From Podarcis cretensis (Eukaryota), in assembly GCA_951804945.1 (NCBI GenBank), contig OX638153.1, positions 74,524,001-74,588,000 of the forward strand: a DNA stretch of 64,000 nucleotides. The letters are read 5' to 3'. Positions 12,596 through 25,600 of this stretch are shown piece after piece; within the stretch, counting starts at the first letter, position 1, and every line of letters begins with the position of its first letter. The translations under genes were made by a program, and so were the position numbers. The notes under the pieces were generated by a model, which did not search any database, was not told where the DNA came from, and was given only the letters and a program-made list of their open reading frames with translations.

Positions 12596-14508
12596 ATAGC
12601 CTGGAGGCAAGTGTACCTGATGTGGAAGCACTGGATTCTATATGTGTACTTGGTTATAACAGATTCTGAGGACTCCCACTAATATCACAGGTTGTTTCAG
12701 TGATGTTGCTAAAATAACCTACTGCTGTGTCAAATAACAGTCTGGCTTAGAATGTCCTTTGTGTGTGCTCAGAGTGCCTACACTGTGCCAGTGTGAGCCC
12801 CAGTATTGGAAATGGGTTCAGGGCCTGAGTCCTATAGAGTTGCGTTTCAGATTAAAGTGTGGGTACACTGTTAAGTGGTTTTGATAAAGAATTGATAGAG
12901 AATTTTCAATGCTAGTACAATCTTTTTCTTTGAGGGAGTTCAATTACAGACAAGACTGATAAGCAATTTCTGTAACAAGGCAAGTAATTTTGAGGAGTGG
13001 CATTCAACTACTTTTAAGACTGTAGCACAAGCGTGAAAGACTTTTTCAAACGAAAAGAAGCCACAGTACACATTGGAAAGTTTTCAGATGTGCTGACATC
13101 AGTACAATTATATATGAACTGCTGAGTAATTCAGTCCTTTAAAAATAAATTCAAATTTTGGCTCGCTGCCCTTCAGCTCACATTATTAGATGTGTTCAAT
13201 GTGTAATTTCTACTTGAACGTGCAAACCGTTTTGAATTGCTTTTGCACACTCTTTCTTTCCCCTGTCATTAGCATCCTTTCCCTTTATCTCATGCTTTTT
13301 TTCTTTTATCACTGCTTCTGGAATCCTTTAATTTTGCTGCCAAATGTGTTCTTCACCAAAATCACTCTGTTTAGAAATGTTAGCCTGTAATTTTCCTAAT
13401 AGCTTTACATTTATAGACACGTTTTCTTGCTAGAAGCTTCATGCTCTATTATGAACCACAGATGTTTCCACCCTACCCGTCTCTTTTGTATCTGTTACAT
13501 CTACTTCCCCACTATGATCCCTCCGTGCACTCCCTATGGCAGTTTCTTGATCATAGCCTGTCAATGCCGCTACTGTTGTTTCCCAAAGTAGGTCAAGAGA
13601 GAGAGAGAGAAAGAGAGTAACATGAGGTCCTGCATCCCCAAGAGAGCTGAGTGCACTATTTCTGTGGTTCTCCTTGTCTCTGCTAGCAGGGGATTGCAGA
13701 ATAGAATTTGAAGACTCATCCTTTTGTGAAGAGAACAGTCTCCCATGTTACAGCAAAGTGTGCAACATTTAGAGATAAGGGAACCAAAGGAGGGAGTGCT
13801 GCATTCCCCTAAGGTATTTTATGAATGAATGATCAGAAATAGGTGGACCTTTAAAACAAGTTCCCCTTAATGTGGGAAAAGTTGTTCACGTGTCATCTCT
13901 CGGTAGCTTTTTCATGTAAGTGCCAGTATAACAGCAGACCATAAAGCCCACGATCTAAAAATTTCTAGCTGCGCTATCGATGCCCAGCACTTGCAAATAC
14001 ATTTGACATGTGTGATCAGCCCATTCACATGTAGTGTTACCAGATCAGGAATTATTTTATTTATTTATTTATTTATTTATTTATTGCATTTATCCCAGGT
14101 TTTCATCCAAGGAGTTCAAGGTGACATATGTCTTTCTCCCCCTCCTCATTTAATCCCTCCAACAGGGCTGTGGGGTTGGTTAGGCTGAGAGGCAGTGACT
14201 GGCCCAAGGACACCCAATGAGCCTCACAGTCAAGTTTGGATTTTAAACCCAGTCTCCCAGGCCCTAGTCCAACACTCTAACCATTACTCCACAATGGCTC
14301 TTGTTGCAGCCCAGTCTAGTGAATGGGCAAGTAAATGTTACAAGTGTTTTTCAGAGTAATGAGTGGTACACAAAATGCTTATAGGGTAAGCGTCGTATAA
14401 CCAAGTTGCTAAAGTCTAATTAAGGCAAGAAGGAGTTAATACCATAAAGTAAACTGTCCTCTCAGGCTTAGCTATGTCCAGTTCCCCTCATCTTGGGAGG
14501 AACTAGGT

Positions 14509-14763
14509 TGTTGTTGTTTAGTCGTTTAGTCGTGTCCGACTCTTCATGACCCCATGGACCAGAGCACGCCAGGCACTCCTGTCTTCCACTGCCTCCCGCA
14601 GTTTGGTCAGACTCATGTTTGTAGCTTCGAGAACACTGTCCAACCATCTTGTCCTCTGTCATTCCCTTCTCCTTGTGCCCTCCATCTTTCCCAACACCAG
14701 GGTCTTTTCCAGGGAGTCTTCTCTTCTCATGAGGTGGCCAAAGTATTGGAGCCTCAGCTCCTC
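14509..14763 (-). mobile_element. RTE-BovB LINE 3' fragment
   Basis: LRLQYFGHLMRREDSLEKTL-type sequence, (CAA)n tail, 11-bp TSD AGGAACTAGGT. Confidence 0.9.
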
Positions 14764-15867
14764 AGGAACTAGGTAATCAAGGCTTTGTTCTACCCCAGTC
14801 TACCTGAGCAGCTCAGTGTGTGAAGAGGTGTAAGTTGGTTGCTCCAGCTTAGCTTCATGGCTCTCACAAGCCATTCTCGTGTTGCTATACCAATAATTTA
14901 GGAACATTCACCACTTTGTAACTAAGCCAGGTTTCACTGGCTGAGCAATTTTCTGAAGCATATGGATCGGATCTTCAAAGAGTTTTTAAGTAAGCCAATC
15001 TTTAATTTACCAAAGTCTGTGTGTTTTTTCCTATGCAAGGGGCAATGGGAAATTTTGGAAGATCTAATAGTGTATATTTCCACACCTGGATCTTGACATC
15101 TAGGGAATTCTCCTTTTATAGCAATTTTTCCTTGAACCAACAGATAAAATATTTTGTACACATTAAAGGGTTTTGAGGATCTCTAATAAAATGTTTTATC
15201 CAGCTCTTTTCAAATTTTAAATACTTAACTAAAACCATTCTCTGCTTTTTGAAGGTGTTATTACAGTATTTTATTATTGTTAAGAAAATGACAGAAGTGG
15301 AAATTTAATAATTATTGCCATGTAGATTACATTCTCTTTCAGACAAATACATCAATACTGTGGGCGGAAAGTCTTTCCATGACGGAAAATCCTGTCTTGG
15401 TTGTAGTATAGTATCTTAGTCATCTAATCTAATAATCTTTTGAACCATGTAGAGTTGTGCCAGGAATTAGCAGGGTAACAGAAGGCCATATTCCCCTGTA
15501 ATAAATACCGTTGTTAATGTCTTTCAGATATTTCAATAATACAAATTCCTGAGGCTCTCTGTGATAACTAATTAACTTCATTGCACTTGGGAGTAGAAGA
15601 TTTGTTTCTGAAGCTGGGACCTTTTGTACATTTATGCTGATCACTACATTATTAGCTTCTGGAGTGGCCTTAAAATAGCCAATTAGCCCCCAGTTTCACT
15701 GCAGGGGTTCTGGCCTCTGAAGGCTTAGCCCTGACTGAAGTGGTAAACCTGTGTCTGGCTCACTTGCTCCCTTTCTGCAGGTGATGTTGCTACAAATATA
15801 ACCTGTGGTCACATAGAAAGTGAGCAAAGAAGTTCTAGAATTATTACTACTATTATTTATTGCATCT

Positions 15868-16165
15868 TGAAATATACTCGGAGTCGAGAGTGGATTTCAT
15901 GCTCTTTATTCAGCTCATAGTGGTGAGGAGGAATGGAAGTTCTCCCACAATATCTGCTTTATATACATTATTTACACAATGGGCTGCACATGATTGGCTA
16001 ATTCCTGGATTCTCCTGTAGGCCAAGCTGGTTGTGGATTCACTTCCACCTGGAGCTGGATTGGGTGGCTCCTGCGGACCAATCATACCGCTGCATTCTGA
16101 ATCCTATTGTTCTAGGACCAATCAGACTGCTGCATTTTGGATAATATTCAACTCAGTACATAACA
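15868..16165 (-). mobile_element. Solo LTR related to the gypsy LTR family
   Basis: TG...CA ends; TSD CATCT/CATCA (4/5); shares the minus-strand start TGTTATGTA and AATAAAGAGC with the 22-26 kb LTRs. Confidence 0.7.
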
Positions 16166-17537
16166 CATCAATATTTTTATTTCTTCGAATAAGGAGAAAC
16201 TTAAACTTAAAATGAGTGGGGGTTTTTTCAAAAATGGGGGAATATTCAAAATGATATGACATACTTATAGTAAAGTCTACTGCTTTCTACAACTTTACTC
16301 ACAAGTCATAGGTTTCACTGCCTCAGTATTCTGCCTGGTCATTTTGCTGTGCATGTAGACCAAGCCTTAGCTGAAACAAATGTCCAAAGTCTGTGTTCAT
16401 AAAGAGCCCAGAGTGAGCAGGCACCCTGGTCACGGACCTTCCCTCTACTCTAAGATGTGTTTTGTTTCTATTTAAATTACAGTACATCTGTACATATAAA
16501 TTACCACATGCAATCTATGCTCTCTTTTTGTCTTCCTTTTTAATGATGCATCCTTCTTTTCTTTCTGCAGGAGCGTTGCTTAAGTGGCCATCCTACTTGT
16601 TTGCCAGACCAAATGCTTATTCTTCTCATATTTCTCTGGATTGGCATAGTTAGTCCTGTGGAGGGGCAGATCTCCACCGCTGGAGCTGAAGGATTGTGGG
16701 GGAGGAAGCAGGTGTTGGTTTAAGAGAAGTGGGACACTCCTTTTAGGGTTTTATGAGCCTACCTGTCTGTTGAAATGATCAGATAATTCCTTAAAGTATC
16801 CCTCCCCCCCACCTCCCAGCTCCTTCGTAGTGGTTTTACGGCTATTCTGTTCTGCTTCTGTGTGTTTTTTGTGGATCAAATTTTCATGGTTGTCTAGCCC
16901 CTTTGAAAAATTTCAGGTGAAAAAGCAGCCTATATACATATAAATAAAGAAGGCTCTAACTTTTCTGACTGAAAAAACCTAATGTTGCAATTGCAGCTAT
17001 TTATATCCCACCATCAGGATATAATAACCGTCTAGAGAAAGACATACAATACTATATCTCAGAAGGCTGTCAAGCAAACTCTAACAAAAAAAGAAGTCCT
17101 TATAATGGCAATTTTTTAGACAACCTGGCATATATTGGTGCTGCTGCTAGCTGTGCTTGCTGTAGTATTTCAGAGAAAATGTTATCTTAATGCTGCCTGT
17201 TCCATAGCATCCAGTTTTTCTATTGTAGTGTTTTCTTACTGAAGCGGAATACAATACAAAGCACATGTGTGCTAAGATCCTTTTCAATCATGCAGGCTAA
17301 GCAAACTGTGAAACTGATACTATTGATGAATTTGGGTGACTGTTTTATGTATGAATACTTGAGGCACAATGCTTAAGGGGGGAGGAGTGAAGGGGTAGGT
17401 AGCTATCGTCAAGTGATCACTTTTCCTTCCACACACATATGTAGTGGCTAAAATGTTATAAACTTAATTTTAATCAAAGTTGGATTTACTGAAAATTGAT
17501 AGTGTAAGTACACATTTGTATGTTCATTTCTCTATGA

Positions 17538-17741
17538 CAGGGGTGGCCAACTCCCAAGAGACTGCGATCTACTCACAGAGTAGTGGCAGTGATCTACCCC
17601 TTTTTTGGGGTGCAGGGCAAAAATGTTGAACTTTTTTTAGGGGGCCCAAACTTGTTGAGCTTTGTTGGGGGGCGCCAGTGATCTACCGCAGACATCCAGG
17701 GATCTACCTGTAGATCACCATCTACCTGTTGGACATGCCTG
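17538..17741. mobile_element. hAT-type MITE
   Basis: CAGGGG...GCCTG ends, 8-bp TSD CTCTATGA. Confidence 0.85.
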
Positions 17742-17925
17742 CTCTATGACTTGCACCTCAAGTGAGATAACCTGTGTGCAGAAAAAGACCATCAAAGAAC
17801 AAACACCACAGAGGTTTATTATTGCCTCAAGCACAATGCTATTTTGAGGAGGCAACATACATGCTCAAGTATTGACTTATTAGGGGTTTATATGGATCTG
17901 TGAATTAACTGAGTTCCTCTCAATC

Positions 17926-18132
17926 GGCCAGTGTGGCGTAGTGGTTAAGAGTGGTGGACTCGTAATCTGGTGAACCGGGTTCGCTTCCCCGCTCCTCCAC
18001 ATGCAGCTACTGGGTGACCTTGGGCCAGTCACACTTCTCGGAAGTCTCTCAGCCTCACTCACCTCACAGAGTGTTTGTTGTGGGGGAGGAAGGGAAAGGA
18101 GAATGTTAGCCGCTTTGCGACTCCTTAGAGTA
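17926..18132 (+). mobile_element. tRNA-derived SINE (Squam3-type), 3'-truncated
   Basis: Inverted near-copy of 5315-5580. Confidence 0.85.
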
Positions 18133-18756
18133 GTGGCATTTGTACTGAGCCATACAAACAAACACTGCACCAGTAAAAAGATGGAACCAAAATATTAGTG
18201 GCAGTGCAAATGTGGGCTGTGTCAAGATGTTTCCCCCGAATTCACAATATGCTTCTGAATACCTGTTGCTGGTGAACACAAGTGTGAGAGTGCTGTTGGA
18301 TCAAGTTGTGCTTCTGGGCTTCCCATAGGCATTTGGTTGGCCACTGTGAGAACATGATGTTGGAGTAGATGGGCCTTTGGCCTGATCCAGAGGGGCTGCT
18401 ATTATGTCCTTATGTCCCTTCAAATCTGGATCGGAGATGTTCTCCTGTAGCAGTAATCCGGCACCCATTTGCCATAGAACAGTGTCTCCTTATAGTAAAG
18501 AAACCCAGTTCAGAACTGTACTGTAAACCAGTAAGTTTTTATTTGGTTTCAATTTTATGAAAGCTAATAAAACTGAAATATTTCCAAAAGTATCCAAATT
18601 GAAATGTTTGTATGAAATCGGATATATTGGCCATTTGGACAGAGTATCTCAAACAGGATTTGAGGGTTTTCTTCATGTGCAGAAACTGGTAGGCTTCTGA
18701 TCCTGGACGTAGCCCTAAAGCCACCACAGCTAGTAGGCATTAATGGTCTTTATTAT

Positions 18757-19012
18757 TAGGGTTGCTGTATTTCAAAAAGTGAAAATCCAGACAGAAAAGA
18801 GAAAAGTAGTTGAGCTTTTCTTTCAAAATCGCAAAGGATTTGGGCATTTTTTAGTTTGTAATTTTAAGGGAAATTGGCAAAAATAACACTGCTGACATTT
18901 GTTGCCATAAGTCTGGATATTCCCAGACATTTAGCCAATTTCTGCCTGGACCCTGCTTTCGGATAAAGTATTCCGGGTATGTCTGGGAAATTCCAGCCAT
19001 ATGGCAACCCTT
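18757..19012. mobile_element. MITE with TAGGGTTGC...GCAACCCT termini (partial relative ~33760-33866)
   Basis: Terminal inverted repeats. Confidence 0.65.
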
Positions 19013-19162
19013 TTTTTTTTATCCTCCATGATTTTGTTTGCCTTTTTGAAGCTGTCTAATTATATATTGCTTTTGCTGTCTAGCTGTTCCTCTAACTACA
19101 TAGTTTTTACACAAATATCCAGTGCAGCCCCCATCCCAGTGGATTCAGACCACTATGCTCTA

Positions 19163-19515
19163 CGGTGGTACCTCGCAAGACGAATGCCTCGTAAGACGAA
19201 AAACTCGCAAGACGAAAGAGTTTTTCGTTTTTTGAGTTGCTTCGCAAGACGAATTTCCCCATGGACTTGCTTCGCAAGACGAAAACGTCTTGCAAGTTTG
19301 TTTCCTTTTTCTTAAAACCGTGCATTCAGGGGGTGCAGTTGCGACTTGACTTCGAGGAGCAACTCATAGCACGCGGTGTGGTAGCCTTTTTTGAGGTTTT
19401 TGAAGACTTTGGTGATTTTTGAAGCTTTTCCAAAATCCGTGCTTCACAAGACGAATAAATTGCAAGACGAAAAAACTCGCAGAACGAATTAATTTCGTCT
19501 TGCGAGGTACCACTG
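19163..19515. mobile_element. Tc1/mariner (Tigger/pogo-like) MITE
   Basis: TIRs C(G)GTGGTACCTCGCAAGACGAA / TTCGTCTTGCGAGGTACCACTG, TA TSD. Confidence 0.85.
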
Positions 19516-22259
19516 TATATCTGAATTGCCCTCCCCCTTGTGAATGGGTGGTGGTGTTTGGATGCATATGGATTTGGTGTGTATATATGGATATTGTTCT
19601 GGCCCTGCCAATTGCTGGTCCCCACCAGCTTACTCATAAGGGTTTGACCTAAAAGAGTTTTTCCACCAATATTCCTTGCTTTCATTAGGGATGGAGGAGA
19701 AATCTGACTAAGTTCACACTTAAAGGTGAACTTGCTGAATTCACACTTTGCAAAACAAAGCAGGAACCAAACTGCAGATGAGTTCACACTTCTCCAAATT
19801 TTGCAGTGTAGTTCTCTGTGTACAAATATGCACATACTAGGGTAGCATGTGCATATAAATGCATATATTGGTGAAAATAACATACAGAAATGCGTTATTT
19901 GGGGGGAAATTGTTTTGCAAAATAGGTGTCTTTTTGGGGAAATGGACTAAAGTGCTGATGTATTTTCACAAGGATTATTATTATTATTTTTTAATATAGT
20001 ACAGATGGATGTGGAAATGTGGAGAACTGAACTGAAGGCTGGGAGAGTGAGAAAATGAGATAAAACAAAACTGACACATTCACCCATCCATAGCCTTCGT
20101 AACTACTGTTTGTTTGCTGGGTCTGTTCATGTAGGAAGCAGGGATTTGTAAGAACGAAAAGGAAGGGGGAAGGTTGACCTCCCTTACCGTCTTGTCCTGT
20201 TGCTAAACTCACACAGGTGCTTAACTTTTATACTTCTAGCTAGCCTCCCCCAACTCTGGCAGTCAGGCGAGTTATCCTTTATATCCAAGGGCACTGACTT
20301 CTATTTTTAGTTGTGAAAGTAACCTACATCTCATGAAATAGGCATTGCTGACTTTCTTAAAACATAGTGTGAAGGAAACACACACACACACACACACACG
20401 CCCCCGACACAGTGAGATTTGGCAGTAATAGTGCAAATCTGTGTTTGAGAATTATATTTTAGATTTCACTAATGAGAGACTAAATAGCATAGTCAGTGGC
20501 TCTGTATCTTGATCTGCTGTGCTAATCTTTAGCATTAGCGTGTATGGCCTAGTCCTGCTTTGGCAAGGACTGAACTGATTATACTTGCAGCTTCACTGAC
20601 TTGTGGAGCCAGTATTTCCAGGAGCTCAAAATCGACAAACTGGACATAATTTTATATAGAATGTGGCTTTCAAATATGGAACTTTCTCAGAATGTAGCAC
20701 TGGTGAGAGAATTGTGGTCACATTCCCACAGCTATGGAATAATCCAAAACTATGCTTTCTACCTGTTTGAAATATGTTCCTATGAGAAAGCTGTCCTAAA
20801 TTTTGGTTGCTCATGCCCATTAAAATGTGAGCTAAAAAATCTGGTTGCTGAGCCAGCTTTGCCAATTATAATTGCTGCTTGAACTGTCTCTAGTTTGTAA
20901 GCTTTCTCTCCCCCCACCCCTTTTAATAGCGGCTTTATTCTCTCAGAAGTTTTTGTAGGCCACCCAAGATTTTAAGTTTGTTTTTTAAACAGGGAATATT
21001 CTTCAAAATTTGTCTTAAGGATTGAGGGTAATAAATAAGTGTTTTCCAATTGGCTTCTTTTAAGACTCAGATTTAAGGTGTAAGTCAAGAGAGGCTCATG
21101 GTGAAAGTTAAGAGCTAGTTTGTGATAACCCATTAAAATGCTGAATGGGCTTCTCTGGACTGAGTGTTTTATGACTGTGGAAATGGACCTGGGAGTTTAA
21201 AGCCAGTGAATGGTATTCAGCCAAGTTTTACTTACAGGAGTGTAATGCCTCGTATTCCCCCCCCCCCCGTGTAACATTTTTACAAATCCATTTCATTTGT
21301 TGAGGCATTAGGGGGCACAGTTGTAATGGAATTTTCTCACAAGCATGCTTAAAATGTAGCCACTACAGATGATGAGTGTCGTGCAAAGAACAGGATGCAA
21401 ATCACATTTATTCTTTTGCTTGTCTTGAGTTTTATTTATATGAATAATCGTCTTTTGACAATAACAGTGTAGTATAGATCTTTAAAACATAAGAGATGAA
21501 TGTGTCTTGTCTTCGTAAACAATGCAAAGTGTTATCAAAGTACATTCTGCAGAATTAAAGTATCGGATGAGATGGCACAGTTCCTGGTCCTTGTTCTGTG
21601 AACAGCTGCAATAAATGAACTAACATGGTTTTCACTCTCTGTTCTCTGAATTCAGGTGAGCATTGCCCATAGCACTAGATGCTGGAAAGGTATTGTTTTC
21701 AGCCCACCTGGTTTTTCAGAGATGAATAAATCCCCTTGCACTAATACTAATCCTCATGTTAGCACAAACAAACTTGCAGATTTGCTCACTTGCATCAGAT
21801 CCCCAGAAGGATGCCCAGCACTGCAAAATACTCCACTTCCCACCAACTTGCAGTTTTTTCTGTCCCTCTGCATTCACTTTCTCTCTCCCTGCCTGCCCCA
21901 ACTGCAGTACTTCTGGTTTTCACAAGCAAACTGCAGAACACTTTCAGCAAACCCTACTTCTGCAGCTAGGTTTATTGCCCATGCAGGAAACACCCACAAA
22001 CTCAAGAATGTTTGTTCAGAAGGTCCAATAAATTCAATAAGATTTACTTCCAAGTGGAAATGCGTAGGATTGCAACTTGTGTTCTCTCTCCCCCCTTTCA
22101 TTTCTTTCTTTTTTAAAATCATACTCCAAGATCGCGCCTTGAATCATTTTAGTGTAAGTAGCAAAATAATGACAGAATAATGGGACAGAAAATTCACAAC
22201 TCCCCCAAGATGTGATTTCTAGAAAATGTATTTTTAATCCCAATAAGGTCAGAGCATAG

Positions 22260-22525
22260 TGTTAAGTTGTGGGTTGACATAGCAGACGACACAGCGATTT
22301 CTCCAAGTAGCTCTTTATTTTGTAAGCTGGAATAGAACTGACTGCAAACAGCTCAGCCGGCCTGCTTTTATAGGCAGCCGGCTGTCAACATTGTAGCAAC
22401 AACAGCCCAGCGTTTCCCGCCTAAAATAACTGACGTGGACCTGAGTGAAAACTATCTACAGACCTGAGTGAAAACTATATACAGTATCCCCCTGCTGGCC
22501 CAGGGTGAAACTTCACTAAATAACA
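22260..22525 (-). repeat. 3' LTR (266 bp) of gypsy element
   Basis: Minus-strand TATAAAA and AATAAA; internal 23-bp tandem duplication GACCTGAGTGAAAACTAT(C/A)TACA. Confidence 0.93.
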
Positions 22526-22623
22526 CCCCTCCCCACCGAGATAAGGCGTTAGTTACAATCGTAATGGTTTCCTTATATACAGCACTACGCGTAATGGTTC
22601 AATTAGGCACAAAAGCATATCGG

Positions 22624-25600
22624 TTACAGTGATACATGTCCAACAACATAGTCCTTTAAATAAGTTGGGCGCTTGGAAACTCTGCCAGACCGCCAGGGAC
22701 TGGTAGCCAAGTCCAGAGGGCCACACAGTTGTTGCTGAGGCTGTGGTGCGACCCTAGGTGGCGTTGGAACCAACTCCCCTGGATCCGCTGCTGTGGGTGG
22801 AGCCTCCGCAAGTGGAGTGGTCTGAGTCTGTGGTAAGTCTGGCAGACCCTCTGAAGCGGCTTGGTTCGGCTCCACGCTGGCAGTTTGCGAGGGAGGTGTA
22901 GGTGGGGCCTCGCCATCTGTACGTGTCTCTTCTTGAGCCGCAAGCGCAGTTGGGGGCACCACGGTAGCGTCCAAGTCCCCAACCCTGCGCCTAAGCTGGT
23001 CTATGTGCCGTCGCCACAAACGTCCGTCTTCGAGTGCCACCTGGTACGAGCGAGGTCCAGTGACTCCCACTACTGTGGCTGGCACCCAAGGAATGTCCCC
23101 CACATAGTTCCGGGCAAATACCTGGTTTCCTGGGACAAATGACCATGGCGCGTTGGCACAGCCTGGGGGTTCAGCCACGGCAAAGTCCGGGTGCAGCCGG
23201 TCGAGTGGTGACCTGAGGCGGCGGCCCATAAGCAGTTCAGCAGGACTCCGCCCTGTGGCCGCATGAGGGGTGATGTGTTGCACGAACAAGTATTCGGCGA
23301 CCTGCTCATGCCAGTCTCCCCGGTCCAGGCGCACCAGTGCCTCTTTTGCCGAGCGCACCATTCTTTCCGCTTGCCCGTTGCTGGATGGATGAAAGGGTGC
23401 CGTTAGGGCATGGCGGATGCCCAGTCCCAAAAGATACCGCTCAAACATGCCTGACATGAACTGCGGTCCGTTGTCAGAGACAAGGACATCAGGACACCCA
23501 TGCGTTGCAAACAGGCCTCGCAGCACCCGGATGACGGCTTCGGTAGTGGTGGAGGGCATCAGGGCGACCTCCAGCCATTTGGAATAGGCGTCCACCACTA
23601 CCATAAAGGTCCGGCCGTGAAAGGGGCCAGCCACATCGATGTGCACCCTCAACCAGGGTGTCTTTGGCGTCTCCCAGGTGTGTCCCTTAGCTGCCGGTGG
23701 TGCAGGCCTCGACTCTTGGCACGCTTGACAGGCGGACACCCAGGCAGTGATGGCATCGTCCATATTAGGCCACCAGACGTAACACCGAGCCAACGCCTTC
23801 ATTTTGACAATTCCCGGGTGGCCAACGTGCAGAGCCTCCAGGACGCGCTGACGGAGTCCCTGGGGAATCACGACGCGGTCTCCCCACAGCAGACAGCCGC
23901 GATGAGCTGAGAGTTCATGTTGTCTGGTTGCGAAGGGCTGGAACTCCGATGCAAAAGGCCCTTGTGGCCACCCCCTCCACACCCAGTTGAGCACCCGGCT
24001 GATGGTGCGATCCTGGGCAGACGCGGAGGCCACAGTGGCAGCCGATACAGGCGCTGCCGGAAGATCCTCAATCAGAAGGAGCGTTGAAGCTGGAGCCGGG
24101 TCTTCCACAAATGCTGAAAGAGGGCAACGGCTGAGGGCGTCAGCATGGCCCATCGATTTCCCGGGGCGATGGATGAGCCGGTAGTGGTAGGCAGCCAGGA
24201 AAACAGTCCATCGCAGCATGCGTGGCGAGAGGACCGGTGGAGTTGGACGATCACCGGCGAGGAGGCCCAGGAGTGGCTTGTGGTCAGTGATGAGGTCAAA
24301 AGTCCTGCCATAGAGGTATTCATGGAACCTCTTCACTCCAGCCACAAGTGCCAGTGCCTCCTTGTCGAGCTGGCTGTAATTCCATTCCGTCGGAGATAGC
24401 GTCCTGGAAAAGTAGGCGAGCGGTGCTTCTCTTCCGTCTGGAAAACGGTGACTAAGGACAGCACCGATGCCAAAAGGTGAGGCGTCACAGGCAAGGACCA
24501 GCGACCTGGATTCACTGTACTGTACCAGCACACTGTCTGATGAAAGGAGAGCCTTGACCGCGTTGAAGGCCGCCGTCTCCCGATGACCCCAGGCCCAAGG
24601 CGTCTTTGTGCTAAGGAGTCGGTGAAGAGGCTCAGCCATCGTGGCTTTGTGGGGCAGGAACATGTTATAAAAGTTCAGCAGCCCCAGGAACGCCTGCAAC
24701 TCCGTCTTGTTCTTTGGGGTGGGGGCCTGCTGGATAGCGCGGATCTTGGATGTGGTCGGGTGAAGGCCGGAGGCATCGATAAGATAGCCCCGGAACTCTA
24801 CCTGTGGAACGGCGATCTGGCACTTTTCCCTCTTTACCTTGAGCCCAGCCTCTTGGAACCTGGTCAGCACGGCACGGAGGCGCTCGAACAGCTGCTGGTG
24901 TGAGTCTGCAGACACCAAGACGTCATCAAAATATGGTACCACGCCCGGAAGCCCTTGCAGGAGACGCTCCATAAGGCTTTGGAAGATGCCAGGAGCCACA
25001 CTCACCCCGAACTGCAACCGGCGGCAACGGAATGCCCCCCGGTGGGTGACGATCGTCTGGGCTTCAGCAGTGGCATCATTGATGGGCAGTTGTTGATAGG
25101 CTTGGGCAAGGTCCAGCTTAGCGAAGACCTTACCCTCACCCAGGGAATGCAGCAGGTGTTGGACAACAGGAACCGGATAAGCGTGCTGCTGAAGTGCCTT
25201 GTTGATCGTGCACTTGTAGTCAGCGCAGATTCTCACTGACCCATCTGGCTTGACAGGCGTGACGATGGGGGTTTCCCACTTGGCGTGGTCAACCGGCTCC
25301 AAAACTCCTTGGGCGATCAGTTTGTCCAGTTGTTCGTCCACCTTAGCCTTGAGAGCAAAGGGAACCCGGCGTGGCTTTAGCTTGATGGGGGCGACTTGTG
25401 GATCAAGGCTAAAGGAGATGGGCGTACCTGTATATTGCCCCAAGGTGCCGTCGAAAACTTCGGCAAAGTCTTTGACCAGACCCTCAGTCTCTGCGTTAGA
25501 GATGCAGTTGATGCCGGTGACTTCCAGGCCGAGGGCATCAAACCAGTCTAGCCCTAGGAGGCTTGGCCGCTGACCTTCGACCACCACCAACCGGAGCAGG

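Noticed and set aside
21656-22180. 174-aa ORF
   Set aside because: It starts at GTG, has low-information composition and shows no recognisable domain.
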